NCBI GenBank assembly: GCA_030446745.1 | Contig: JAUJMS010000006.1 | Location: 4,498-68,497, forward strand | DNA: 64,000 nt | Source of the DNA: Egibacteraceae bacterium | GTDB taxonomy: Bacteria; Actinomycetota; Nitriliruptoria; Euzebyales; Egibacteraceae | Direction: 5' to 3' | Shown here: piece after piece, positions 45,892 to 55,034 of the stretch | Layout of the letters: every line of letters begins with the position of its first letter | Numbering within the stretch: position 1 is the first letter of the stretch | Program-made: the position numbers and the translations under genes | The notes under the pieces: generated by a model | Databases searched by the model: none | What the model was told of the DNA's origin: nothing | Seen by the model: only the letters and a program-made list of their open reading frames with translations

Positions 45892-46540
45892 CGACGAGGC
45901 GCTCGTCGCGGCGTTCGTCGCGGGCGATGCCGGGGCGTTCGACGAGCTGGTGCGCCGCTACGCCCGGCGGGTGTACGGCATCTGCCTGCGCTACTTCGGC
46001 GACCCGACCGACGCCGAGGACGCCGCCCAGGAGACCTTCGTCGCGCTGCTGCGCCGCGCCGAGACCTACACCGGCGCTGCGGCGTTCTCGACGTGGCTGT
46101 ACCGGGTCGCCACCAACGCCTGCAACGATCTGGCGCGCAAGCGCGCACGGCGCCCACAGGCCGCCGGCGTCGACGTCGCGACCCTCTCCGACGTCGCCAC
46201 GCCCGACGACCTGCTCGCCGACCGCGAGCTCGGGCTCGAGCTGCACGCGGCGCTGCGGACGCTGGACCCGGCGACGCGCGCGGCGGTGGTGCTCCACGAC
46301 GTCGGCGGCCTGCCCTACGCCGACGTCGCCCAGCGCCTCGGCGTGGCGGTCGGCACCGCCAAGTCGCGGGTGTTCCGCGGTCACGCGCGGCTCGCGGCGG
46401 CGCTGGTCCACCTGCGCGACGAGCCGGTCGCCGCATCCGGAGGGGAACCCCCGCCCCGGTGCCGCCTCCAACCGTGCGACCATGACCGATTCTTCCGCTC
46501 CCGCCGACGACGCCGCGCTGTCGGCCTACCTCGACGGTGA
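45884..46540 (+). CDS. ECF sigma factor (SigM-like by position); last ~30 codons probably out of frame
   Basis: Region 2 DAEDAAQETFVALL...STWLYRVATNACNDL. Region 4 LPYADVAQRLGVAVGTAKSRVFRG. GTG overlaps the kinase stop. The ORF overruns the anti-sigma ATG by 59 nt. Confidence 0.8.
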   Translation: MVDDEALVAAFVAGDAGAFDELVRRYARRVYGICLRYFGDPTDAEDAAQETFVALLRRAETYTGAAAFSTWLYRVATNACNDLARKRARRPQAAGVDVATLSDVATPDDLLADRELGLELHAALRTLDPATRAAVVLHDVGGLPYADVAQRLGVAVGTAKSRVFRGHARLAAALVHLRDEPVAASGGEPPPRCRLQPCDHDRFFRSRRRRRAVGLPRR

Positions 46541-47483
46541 GCTGTCGCCGGCCGAGACGGCCGCACTCGACGCCCGGATCGCCGCCGACCCGGCGCTGGC
46601 CGCACGGCTCGACGCGCTTGCCGACGCGCTCGTCGCGCTGCGCGGCGTCGACGCCGCCGTCCCGCCCGACGGCTTCGAGGCGCGGCTGCGCACGCGCCTG
46701 GACACCGAGCGCCGGCGCGGCGGCGCGGGCGCGCCGCCGCCCGCCGCGCCCCCCCCGGCGCCGGCGGGGGCGACGACGGCCGACCTCGCCGCGGCGCGCG
46801 CGCGCCGCGCCCGCTCCACGCGCTGGTGGACCGGCGCGGGGGCGGTCGCCGCGGTGCTCGTCGGCGTCGCGGTCGTCGGCGTCGGTCTGCGCAGCGGCGG
46901 CTCCGCGGGGCTCAGCGCGGAGTTCGCAGCACCTCCGGGCGGTGACGCCCGGGCCGGCCGCTCCGCGCCGCTCGCACCCGCCGCCGGAGAGGCCGAGTCG
47001 GCGACCGAGGCCGCCGGCGGCGCGCAGGACGCGCCGTCCGCTGGGGCAGGCGACGCCCGACGCGACACGGACGATGCGGCGGCCGCAGCGCTGGCACCGG
47101 TACTCGTCGACGAGGCGGTGGCGTTGGCCGACCCCGCGGCGGTGGCCGACCGCTTCGCGGCGCTACCGGAGACCGCCGCGCTGCTCGGCCGCCCGCGCGA
47201 CGAGGCGGCGTCGCTCGCGCGGTCCTACGGCGCCGCGGTCGAACGGGCCGAGCCGTTCGACGGGGGCGTGGCGCCGGCCGGGTGCCTCGACACGGTGCTG
47301 ACCGCCGCGACCGGTCCGCTCGTGCCCGCACGGGTCGAGCGCGTGGTCTACCAGCGGCGCCCGGCACTCGCGTACGTCCTGGTCGGCGCGAGCGGCGGCA
47401 GCGCCGCCCTGGACCGGGTGGAGGTCTGGATCGTCAGCCCCGACGACTGCGCGACCGTGCTGTTCCGGCAGGTCGAACGCTGA
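46482..47483 (+). CDS. anti-sigma factor, single-pass membrane protein
   Basis: [33 protein letters not shown] helix [22 protein letters not shown], extracytoplasmic domain. Immediately follows the ECF sigma gene. Confidence 0.6.
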   Translation: MTDSSAPADDAALSAYLDGELSPAETAALDARIAADPALAARLDALADALVALRGVDAAVPPDGFEARLRTRLDTERRRGGAGAPPPAAPPPAPAGATTADLAAARARRARSTRWWTGAGAVAAVLVGVAVVGVGLRSGGSAGLSAEFAAPPGGDARAGRSAPLAPAAGEAESATEAAGGAQDAPSAGAGDARRDTDDAAAAALAPVLVDEAVALADPAAVADRFAALPETAALLGRPRDEAASLARSYGAAVERAEPFDGGVAPAGCLDTVLTAATGPLVPARVERVVYQRRPALAYVLVGASGGSAALDRVEVWIVSPDDCATVLFRQVER

Positions 47484-47487
47484 CCGG

Positions 47488-47982
47488 TCAGCCGCGCAGC
47501 CCGCGCGCCGCCCCGTAGGCCGCCGCGGCGACCCCGAGCAGCGCGAACGGCCGCATCAGCAGCGCAAGTCCCACGGTGAGCACGCCACCGGCGAGCACGC
47601 CGGCGAGGACGCCGAGCGCGACGGCGCCGGCGAGAAACGGCTGCTGGCTCTGGCCGGCCGCGCCCCACGCGACCGCGCGCCCGACCCCGAAGCCGAGCAG
47701 CCCCGGCAGGATCACCGAGCCGAAGCCGACCTGGCCCAGCACGGCGTTGAGCACGAGACCGCCGGCGATCGCCACCGCCAGACCCGCGCCGCCGCCCTTG
47801 AGGTAGTGCTCGGGCCGCCCCATGGCACGGGCGCGGCGTGGCACGCGCGCACAGCGGGGGCACTTCTGGCCGACCACCGACTGGCGCATGCAGCGCGGGC
47901 AGATGGGCGCGTCGCAGCTCGAGCACGACACCCGGGTCTCGACCGCTGGATGGTTGACGCACCGGGGGACCGTCTGCTCCAC
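47488..47982 (-). CDS. B-box-type zinc-ribbon membrane protein
   Basis: [37 protein letters not shown] (8 Cys/His ligands), followed by 3-4 Gly/Ala-rich TM helices. 164 aa. Confidence 0.5.
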   Translation of the reverse strand: MEQTVPRCVNHPAVETRVSCSSCDAPICPRCMRQSVVGQKCPRCARVPRRARAMGRPEHYLKGGGAGLAVAIAGGLVLNAVLGQVGFGSVILPGLLGFGVGRAVAWGAAGQSQQPFLAGAVALGVLAGVLAGGVLTVGLALLMRPFALLGVAAAAYGAARGLRG

Positions 47983-48033
47983 CGGGCTAGTGTAGGCAGC
48001 GCCGCCACCGAGAAGACCGACGCAGGAGCCGCC

Positions 48034-48981
48034 ATGCCGGAGCCCTCCGACCCGCGTGAGGTCGTCGTCATCGGGTCAGGCCCGGCGGGTCTGACCGCTG
48101 CCCTGTACACCGCCCGTGCCGACCTCCACCCGCTGGTCTTCGAGGGCCTGGAGGCGGGCGGCCAGCTCATGCTGACCACCGAGGTCGAGAACTTTCCCGG
48201 CTTCCCGCAGGGCCGCATGGGCCCCGAGCTGATGAACGACCTTCGCAAGCAGGCGGAGCGCTTCGGCGCCGAGATCGTCACCGCCGACGTCGACCGCGTC
48301 GACTTCCGGTCCGGCTCGCCGTTCACGGTGACGGTGGGCGACCGCGACTACCGCGCCCGCACGGTGATCGTCGCGACCGGCGCGACGGCGCGCTGGCTGA
48401 GGCTGCCCAACGAGCAGCGGCTCATCGGTCGCGGGGTGTCGTCGTGTGCCACGTGCGACGGCTTCTTCTTCCGCGACAAGGAGCTCGTCGTCGTCGGCGG
48501 CGGCGACTCGGCGATGGAAGAGGCGACGTTTCTGACCAAGTTCGCCACCAAGGTCACCGTCGTGCACCGCCGTGACGAGCTGCGGGCGACGAAGATCATG
48601 CAGGACCGCGCCTTCGCCAACGAGCGGATCAGCTTCACGTGGAACGCGCAGGTCGTCGACGTCCTTGGCGACGAGGCCGTGACCGGCGTCGTGCTCGCCG
48701 ACACCGTCACCGGCGACCGCCGCGAGCTGCGCACCGACGGCGTGTTTCTCGCCATCGGCCACGACCCGACGACCGCACTGTTCCGCGGCAGCCTCGAGCT
48801 CGACGACGCCGGCTACATCGTCGTCCGCGAACCGACGACGGCGACCAGCGTCGACGGGGTGTTCGCCGCGGGCGACGTCGTCGACCACGTCTACCGGCAG
48901 GCAATCACCGCCGCCGGCATGGGCTGCAAGGCCGCAATCGACGCGGAACGGTGGCTCGGGATCGACGCGCACAATTGGTGA
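48034..48981 (+). CDS. trxB: thioredoxin-disulfide reductase
   Basis: [16 protein letters not shown], redox [34 protein letters not shown]. Confidence 0.9.
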   Translation: MPEPSDPREVVVIGSGPAGLTAALYTARADLHPLVFEGLEAGGQLMLTTEVENFPGFPQGRMGPELMNDLRKQAERFGAEIVTADVDRVDFRSGSPFTVTVGDRDYRARTVIVATGATARWLRLPNEQRLIGRGVSSCATCDGFFFRDKELVVVGGGDSAMEEATFLTKFATKVTVVHRRDELRATKIMQDRAFANERISFTWNAQVVDVLGDEAVTGVVLADTVTGDRRELRTDGVFLAIGHDPTTALFRGSLELDDAGYIVVREPTTATSVDGVFAAGDVVDHVYRQAITAAGMGCKAAIDAERWLGIDAHNW

Positions 48982-49068
48982 TAACCCCGTTCTCCCCGCC
49001 GCCGTGCGCGACGGCGCCGTAGTAGCCTCCCGCCCCACAAGTCCGGCACGTTCGGGACCTACACATCC

Positions 49069-49129
49069 GCGGCTCGGCTGTCCCCCCGTCAGCCGAGCCG
49101 CGAGCGAGGGGCGCTTCGGCGCCCCTCGC
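49069..49129 (+). terminator. two consecutive perfect GC-rich hairpins in the trxB-trxA spacer
   Basis: GCGGCTCGGCTG-TCCCCCCGT-CAGCCGAGCCGC (12 bp), then GCGAGGGGCGC-TTCG-GCGCCCCTCGC (11 bp, UUCG loop). No U tract. Confidence 0.45.
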
Positions 49130-49223
49130 GGCGTTGCGCGGCGTCGCGCGGCGGGCGGCGGGGAATAGCTGCCGGCACGCACCGGTTGCACCGGGGCGTC
49201 GACCGACCTGTGAGGAGAAGCCC

Positions 49224-49550
49224 ATGAGCAGCGCGAAGCCCGTCACCGACCAGGAGTGGGACGCCGAGGTCATCGCCTCGGACACGCCCGTGCTCGTCGA
49301 CTTCTGGGCCGAGTGGTGCGGGCCGTGCCGGATGGTCGGACCGGTCGTCGACGAGATCGCCGACGAGAAGGCCGGCACGTTGAAGGTGCTCAAGCTCAAC
49401 GTCGACGACAACCCGGAGGTCGCCCGCAAGTACCGGGTCATGTCAATCCCGACGCTGATGGTGTTCTCGGGCGGTGACGAGCGTAAGCGCATCGTCGGGG
49501 CGCAGGGCAAAGCCCAGCTGCTCGCCGCCGTCGAGGACGCGCTCGCGTAG
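49224..49550 (+). CDS. trxA: thioredoxin
   Basis: VLVDFWAEWCGPCRM (WCGPC), IPTLMVF. 108 aa. GAGGAG RBS. Confidence 0.9.
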   Translation: MSSAKPVTDQEWDAEVIASDTPVLVDFWAEWCGPCRMVGPVVDEIADEKAGTLKVLKLNVDDNPEVARKYRVMSIPTLMVFSGGDERKRIVGAQGKAQLLAAVEDALA

Positions 49551-49690
49551 CGTCTCCGGCGCGGCGTAGGCCCTTCGGGCGGCGCTGGCCGGAGGGGCAC
49601 TCGGTGCGCTGCCGTCGGGGCGGCGCGAGCCGGGCGCGACCGCCGGCGGCCGGGGAAGCGCGGTCGCCGGACTCCTAGACTGCGGCCATC

Positions 49691-50770
49691 GTGACGAGAC
49701 TCATTCGCGCCGGCGACTCCGGGGCGGCGGTCGCGGACGTTCAGCAGCGTCTCGCGCGCGTTCTCGGCGAGGCGCTGCCCGCCGACGGCCGCTTCGGCGA
49801 CACGACGCTGTCCGCGGTCCGCCGTTTCCAGCGCGACCGCGGCCTGCCGGCCGACGGCATCGTCGGGCCCGAGACGTGGCGCTCGCTGGTCGAGGCCGGT
49901 TGGACGTTGGGCAGCCGGATGTTGTGGCACTCGCGGCGCATGATGCGCGGCGACGACGTCCGCGACCTCCAGCACCGACTCAACCGGCTCGGCTTCGACG
50001 CCGGGGCCGAGGACGGCGTGTTCGGACCGCTCGCGCGTGCCGCGATCGAGGAGTTCCAACGCAACGTCGGCCTGACCGTCGACGGCGTCGCCGGGCCACA
50101 GACGGTCGCCGCGCTGCAGCGCGTCCAGCGCGCGCACCAGTCCGGCGGCGTGGGGGTCCGTGCGCGCGAGCGCGAGTGGCTGCGCGGCCTGTCGGGACGC
50201 TCGCTGGCCGGCGCGCGGATCCTCGTCGACCCCAGCCACGGCGCCGGCGACCCCGGCCACGTCGGCCCCTCGGGCGTCAGCGAGGCCGAGGTTGCCTGGC
50301 AGGTGTCGTCGCGCGTGGCCGCCCGGCTCGCCGCCCGCGGGGCGCACGCCGTGCTGTCGCGCGGGCCGGCGAGCAACCCGACCCCGCGCGAGCGCGCCCG
50401 GCTGGCCAACGAACAAGGCGTCGACGTCACCGTGTCGGTCGGCGTCAACGCGCTGCGTGCGCCGGCCGCCTCGGGCGCCAGCACCTACTACTTCGGCGCG
50501 CCGCACTTCGTGTCGGAAAGCGGCTACCGCCTCGCGTCACTGGTGCAGTCCGCGATGCTCGACGCCGGCTGGGGTCCCGACTGCCGGGTCCATCCCATGA
50601 CCTGGTCGATCCTGCGCGAGACCCGCATGCCGACCGTCGTCGCCGAGCCGGGGTTCATCACATCCGCCCGCGACGAGCCAAGGCTGGTGCGTCCCGCGGA
50701 TCAGGACCGGCTGGCCGAAGCGCTCGTGAGCGCGCTCGCACGCTTCTTCGAAGGCGCCGACGCCGCGTGA
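49691..50770 (+). CDS. cwlM: CwlM-type protein: two peptidoglycan-binding domains plus an amidase_3 domain
   Basis: GDSGAAVADVQQRL...DGRFGDTTLSAVRRFQRDRGLPADGIVGPETW and a second copy. ILVDPSHGAGDPG, VSVGVNA, VVAEPGFIT. Conserved position after trxBA. Confidence 0.8.
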   Translation: MTRLIRAGDSGAAVADVQQRLARVLGEALPADGRFGDTTLSAVRRFQRDRGLPADGIVGPETWRSLVEAGWTLGSRMLWHSRRMMRGDDVRDLQHRLNRLGFDAGAEDGVFGPLARAAIEEFQRNVGLTVDGVAGPQTVAALQRVQRAHQSGGVGVRAREREWLRGLSGRSLAGARILVDPSHGAGDPGHVGPSGVSEAEVAWQVSSRVAARLAARGAHAVLSRGPASNPTPRERARLANEQGVDVTVSVGVNALRAPAASGASTYYFGAPHFVSESGYRLASLVQSAMLDAGWGPDCRVHPMTWSILRETRMPTVVAEPGFITSARDEPRLVRPADQDRLAEALVSALARFFEGADAA

Positions 50771-51423
50771 CGCTGGGCCTGCAACGCCGGGCGCACCGGC
50801 GCGGGCGCCCGTTCGCGCTTGCTCAGTGCGGTCAGGACGTGCTCCAAGGCCTGACCCACCGATTCCTGCCAGCGGACGGTCTTGCGCAGGTCGAGGCGCA
50901 GCAGCGGGTGCTCGACGTCGTCGTGGAGCACCTCGAACCCGCAGGCATGCAAAAAGCCGTCAGGGACGACGCACGCGCCGAACGCGTCGGCATTCACGGC
51001 CCAGCGAGCGGCGTAGGCCTCCAGCGCCCGTGACCCGCGGCGGTGCGTCTCACGCAGGACGCTGTGGAGCAACAGCTTGGCCGCGCCGCTGTCGCGGCAG
51101 GCGGGATCGACCCACAGCGTGGCGAGCAGCAACGCATCGTCGGACACCGCATGAGGCATCCGCCGCACCCGCGGGAAGTGCTCCGGCGGTCCGAAGGTCG
51201 CGTACCCCACGAGTCGGTCGTCGAGGTAGAGCGCCTTGCCGGGGGAGCCCCACTCGAGCTGCGTCGCCTGCCACCACGCTTCCTTGCATTCCGCGCCCCG
51301 CGCCTCGTCGCCGGCGCGCGGGCCGCGGGGCGCGCCCGGGACCTCCCAGAACACGCACGCGCGACACGCCTGCGGCAGGTCGCCGAGGTTCGCCAGCGTC
51401 AGGTCGTGCACCCGCCGGGTCAC
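50701..51423 (-). CDS. GNAT-like acetyltransferase (Rv3916c-like by position)
   Basis: LPQACRACVFWE, LLATLWVDPACRDSGAAKLLLHSVL, ACGFEV. 3' end overlaps cwlM by 70 nt, so the C-terminus is uncertain. Confidence 0.6.
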   Translation of the reverse strand: MTRRVHDLTLANLGDLPQACRACVFWEVPGAPRGPRAGDEARGAECKEAWWQATQLEWGSPGKALYLDDRLVGYATFGPPEHFPRVRRMPHAVSDDALLLATLWVDPACRDSGAAKLLLHSVLRETHRRGSRALEAYAARWAVNADAFGACVVPDGFLHACGFEVLHDDVEHPLLRLDLRKTVRWQESVGQALEHVLTALSKRERAPAPVRPALQAQRHAASAPSKKRASALTSASASRS

Positions 51424-51674
51424 CGCGGGCCTCGGTCAGTCCTCCGGTCGCGGGCAGCAGCCGTCGCCGCGACGCCGGAGCGCTGCGCACGGTCGGGGCG
51501 GGGCGTGAGCGCCGCCGCGAGGCCGCCCGCGGCGACCCCGACGAGCAGGCCGACGACGGCGCGTACCATCGGGTGCGGCCCGCTGTCCTCGCCGAGGCCG
51601 GCGGGGTGGTCGGGTGGCGGCGCGACGTCCAGCGGCGGCACCAACCGCACCGGCGACGGTCCCTTCTGCGCCAC
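51420..51674 (-). CDS. possible small single-pass membrane protein
   Basis: Stop overlaps the GNAT GTG as GTGA. One hydrophobic helix MVRAVVGLLVGVAAGGLAAAL. No family recognised. Confidence 0.25.
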   Translation of the reverse strand: MAQKGPSPVRLVPPLDVAPPPDHPAGLGEDSGPHPMVRAVVGLLVGVAAGGLAAALTPRPDRAQRSGVAATAAARDRRTDRGPR

Positions 51675-51860
51675 CGCGGCCTCCTGCTCTTCGATGACGG
51701 CGGCCTGCCGAGGGCCGGCCGCGAGTCGTCAGTGTACCGGGGCGCCGAATCCGCCGAGCGCCCGCCGGCGTGGTGCGGTCCGTCGAGTGCAGGCCGTCGC
51801 CGCCCGGCGACCGCTCCGCGGGGCCGGTGTACCCTCGCCCGAGCCGCCGAGGAGGCCGGG

Positions 51861-53108
51861 GTGCCGTCGATCACCAGCGACCCGAACCTGTCGCGCTACG
51901 CCAGCCGAGCCCGGGGAATGTCGGCGTCAGAGATCCGGGCGCTGTTCGCCGTCGCGAGCCGCCCCGACATCGCGTTTCTCGCCGGCGGCATGCCCGACAC
52001 CTCCGCGCTGGACTACGACGCGGTGGCGGCCGTCACCGACGAGGTGATCCGCACGGTGGGGCCAACCGCCCTGCAGTACGGAGGCGGGCAGGGTCTCGCC
52101 CCGCTGCGCGAGCAGTTGGTCACGGTGATGGCCGCCGAAGGGGTGCCCGCACGCGCCGACGACCTTGTCGTCACCACCGGCGGCCAGCAGGGTCTCGACC
52201 TCGTCGCGAAGCTGTTCTGCGATCCCGGCGACGTCGTCGTCGCCGAGGGGCCTTCCTACGTCGGCGCGCTCGGTGCCTTCGCCGCCTACCAGGCTGAGGT
52301 CGTCCACGTCGCCATGGACGCCGACGGGCTCGACCCCGCGGCCCTCGCCGCGACCCTTGACCGGCTCGCTGCTCGAGGACGCGTGCCGAAGTTCCTCTAC
52401 ACCGTCCCCAACCATCAGAACCCGGCCGGCTCGTCGCTGTCGGTCGCCCGGCGCGCGGCGGTCGCCGAGCTGGCGGCGCGCTACGACGTCCTGATCGTCG
52501 AGGACAACCCCTACGGCCTGCTCGACTTCAAGGGCGAGATCCGGCCGTCGCTGCGGTCGTTAGCCCCCGAACGGACTCTCTACGTCGGCACGCTGTCGAA
52601 GATCCTGTCCCCCGGGCTGCGGGTGGGGTGGGTCGTCGCGCCCGAGCCGGTGCGCGACAAGCTCGTGGTCCTGAAGGAGGCCGCCGACCTTTGCCAGTCG
52701 AACCTGACCCAGTACGTCGCCGAGCGCTGGTTCGCCACCCAGCCATGGATGGCGCAGGTCGAGACCTACCGTGAGGTGTATCGCGAGCGCTGCGACGCGA
52801 TGCTCAGCGAGCTCGCCGCGAGCTTTCCGTCGGCGTGCCGCTGGACCGTCCCGACCGGCGGGTTCTTCGTGTGGGTCCAGCTGCCGTCGGGGTTCGACAG
52901 CCGCGGTCTGCTCGCCAAAGCACTCGGAGCGCGGGTCGCGTACGTTCCCGGCGCCGCCTTCTACGCCGACGGTGGCGGGGCAGAGCAGCTGCGCCTGTCC
53001 TTCTGCTTTCCGCCGCCCGACACCATCCGCGACGGTGTGCGCCGCCTCGCCGGCGTCATCGAGGCCGAGCGGGAGCTCGTCTCGGCGATCTACGCGGCCG
53101 GGCGATGA
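51861..53108 (+). CDS. PLP-dependent aminotransferase, class I/II (2-aminoadipate/LysN-like subgroup)
   Basis: GGMPD, LQYGGGQGL, YTVPNHQNPAG, EDNPYG, PLP-Lys motif LSKILSPGLRVGW, RLSFC. GTG follows GAGGAGG. Confidence 0.85.
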   Translation: MPSITSDPNLSRYASRARGMSASEIRALFAVASRPDIAFLAGGMPDTSALDYDAVAAVTDEVIRTVGPTALQYGGGQGLAPLREQLVTVMAAEGVPARADDLVVTTGGQQGLDLVAKLFCDPGDVVVAEGPSYVGALGAFAAYQAEVVHVAMDADGLDPAALAATLDRLAARGRVPKFLYTVPNHQNPAGSSLSVARRAAVAELAARYDVLIVEDNPYGLLDFKGEIRPSLRSLAPERTLYVGTLSKILSPGLRVGWVVAPEPVRDKLVVLKEAADLCQSNLTQYVAERWFATQPWMAQVETYREVYRERCDAMLSELAASFPSACRWTVPTGGFFVWVQLPSGFDSRGLLAKALGARVAYVPGAAFYADGGGAEQLRLSFCFPPPDTIRDGVRRLAGVIEAERELVSAIYAAGR

Positions 53109-54040
53109 CGCCGTTGCACGTGGCGGTGCTCGCCGGCGGGGTGTCGTTCGAGCGCGAGGTGAGCCTGCGGTCGGGGCGTCGGGTCGCCGACGCACTCGGC
53201 GACCGCGGTCACCGTGTGACGCGCCTGGACCTCGACGAACGGCTGGTACCCACGCTGGCGGACGGTGGCGTGGACGTCGCCTATCTGGCGCTGCACGGCA
53301 AGGCCGGTGAGGACGGCAGCGTCCAGTCGCTGCTGGAGCTCGTCGGGGTGCCCTACACCGGTCCCGACGCCGTGGCGTCGGCTCTTGCCTGGGACAAAGG
53401 GGTCGCCAAGGGACTGTTCCGACGCGCCGGCCTCGCGACGCCCGCGTGGGTGGCGCTGTCCTCCGATGCCATCCGTGACCTCGGCGCGGCCGGCGCCTTG
53501 GATCGCATCGTCACCCAACTCGGGACGCCGCTGGTGGTCAAGCCGTCGCGCGGCGGCGCTGCGCTCGGCGTCCGCATCGTCGACGACCCGGCGCAGCTGC
53601 CGCCGGCGCTCGTCGCCTCGTACAGCTACCACGCCGTCGTGCTCGTCGAGCGTTTCGTCGCCGGCACCGAGGTCGCCGTCTCGATCGTCGCGGGCGAGGC
53701 CCTTCCTGCCGTGGAGATCGTGCCGAAGGCCGGCCCGTACGACTTCTCGGCCCGCTACACCCACGGCGCGACCGACTACTTCGTCCCTGCGCGGCTCGAT
53801 CCTGCAACGCTCGAGCGCTGCGAGGTCATGGCGCTGCGGGCGTGGGAGGTCACCGGCTGCCGCCACGTCGCGCGCGCCGATCTCATCGTCGATGAGGACG
53901 GCTGCCCGTGGCTGCTCGAACTCGACACGTGCCCGGGGATGACCGAGACCTCGTTGCTGCCGCTCGCGGCGGCGGCGCACGGCTGGTCCTTCGCCGACCT
54001 GTGCGAGCGGATCCTGTCGGTCGCGCTGCCGTCGGCGTAG
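53105..54040 (+). CDS. ddl: D-alanine--D-alanine ligase
   Basis: VAVLAGGVSFEREVSLRSG, LHGKAGEDGSVQSLLE, DKGVAKGLF, VVKPSRGGAALGV, ELDTCPGMTETS. ATG overlaps the upstream stop as ATGA. Confidence 0.9.
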   Translation: MTPLHVAVLAGGVSFEREVSLRSGRRVADALGDRGHRVTRLDLDERLVPTLADGGVDVAYLALHGKAGEDGSVQSLLELVGVPYTGPDAVASALAWDKGVAKGLFRRAGLATPAWVALSSDAIRDLGAAGALDRIVTQLGTPLVVKPSRGGAALGVRIVDDPAQLPPALVASYSYHAVVLVERFVAGTEVAVSIVAGEALPAVEIVPKAGPYDFSARYTHGATDYFVPARLDPATLERCEVMALRAWEVTGCRHVARADLIVDEDGCPWLLELDTCPGMTETSLLPLAAAAHGWSFADLCERILSVALPSA

Positions 54041-54140
54041 CGCTGCTCGGGAAGGGCCTGCGGCCTAGCCTTTCCGCCTCGGGGCGGTCGCTTCGTGGCG
54101 CAGCGGCCGGCTGAGCGCGTTTTCCCTGGTCAGCGCGGTG

Positions 54141-55034
54141 TCATTCGTCCTGGAGCGACGTGCCCGCACCCCGCGCGACGACCGCGAGGAGACGTTCGAG
54201 GTCGTGCGCGCCGGCGTAGTCGATCACCACCCGACCACGGCGCGGCGACCCGGTGATCCGCACCCGAGTGGCGAGCGCGTCGCTGAGGCGACGTTCCAGG
54301 TCGCCGTACGGCGACGCCGCCCGAGCCTTCGCGGCGGCGGCGAGATCGGGCATGACACCATCGTCGGTTGCGGGTTCCGTGAGGCGGCGCACGAGTTCTT
54401 CGGCCGCGCGCACGGACAGGCCCTCGCCGACGACACGTTGCGCCACCCGGCGTTGGGTCCCGGCGTCGGGCAGCGCGAGGAGTGCCCGCGCGTGGCCGGC
54501 ACTCAATGCGCCGGTGGCGACGTGGTGCTGCAGCTCTGGTGGCAGGGTGAGCAGCCGCAGGGTGTTGGACACCGCGGACCGGGACTTGCCGAGCTTGCTC
54601 GCCAGCGCCTCGTGCGTGATGCCGAAGTCGTCACGCAGCTGCTGGTACGCCGCCGCCTCCTCGAGGGGATTGAGGTCGGCGCGGTGGACGTTCTCTACCA
54701 GTGCTTCCGTGAGCAGGTCGGCGTCCTCGGTGTGGCGCACGACGGCCGGGATCTCGGCGAGACCGGCGAGCCGTGCGGCGCGGAAGCGACGCTCCCCGGC
54801 CACGATCTCGAATCGCTCTCCGGCGACGGGGCGCACGACGATGGGCTGCAACACGCCGACCTCACGCAGCGAGTGGGCCAACTCCTCCAGGGCCGCGTCG
54901 TCGAAGACGCCCCGCGGCTGTCTGGGATTCGGCTGGATGGCGGTGAGTGGCAGGGACAGGAGTCCGCTGCGGCCGGGTTCCGCCGTGGGGATGAGCGCCC
55001 CGAGGCCTCGTCCCAGCCCGCTTGGTCGGCTCAC
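54141..55034 (-). CDS. parB: chromosome partitioning protein ParB
   Basis: LPLTAIQPNPRQPRGVFD, LQPIVVRP, IVAGERRFRAARLAG, HTH SKLGKSRSAVSNTLRLL. Confidence 0.9.
   Translation of the reverse strand: MSRPSGLGRGLGALIPTAEPGRSGLLSLPLTAIQPNPRQPRGVFDDAALEELAHSLREVGVLQPIVVRPVAGERFEIVAGERRFRAARLAGLAEIPAVVRHTEDADLLTEALVENVHRADLNPLEEAAAYQQLRDDFGITHEALASKLGKSRSAVSNTLRLLTLPPELQHHVATGALSAGHARALLALPDAGTQRRVAQRVVGEGLSVRAAEELVRRLTEPATDDGVMPDLAAAAKARAASPYGDLERRLSDALATRVRITGSPRRGRVVIDYAGAHDLERLLAVVARGAGTSLQDE

Noticed and set aside
49069-49101. 6C RNA (hairpin loop with six consecutive C)
   Set aside because: 6C needs two C-rich loops. The second hairpin here has a UUCG loop, and the flanks do not resemble the motif as I remember it.
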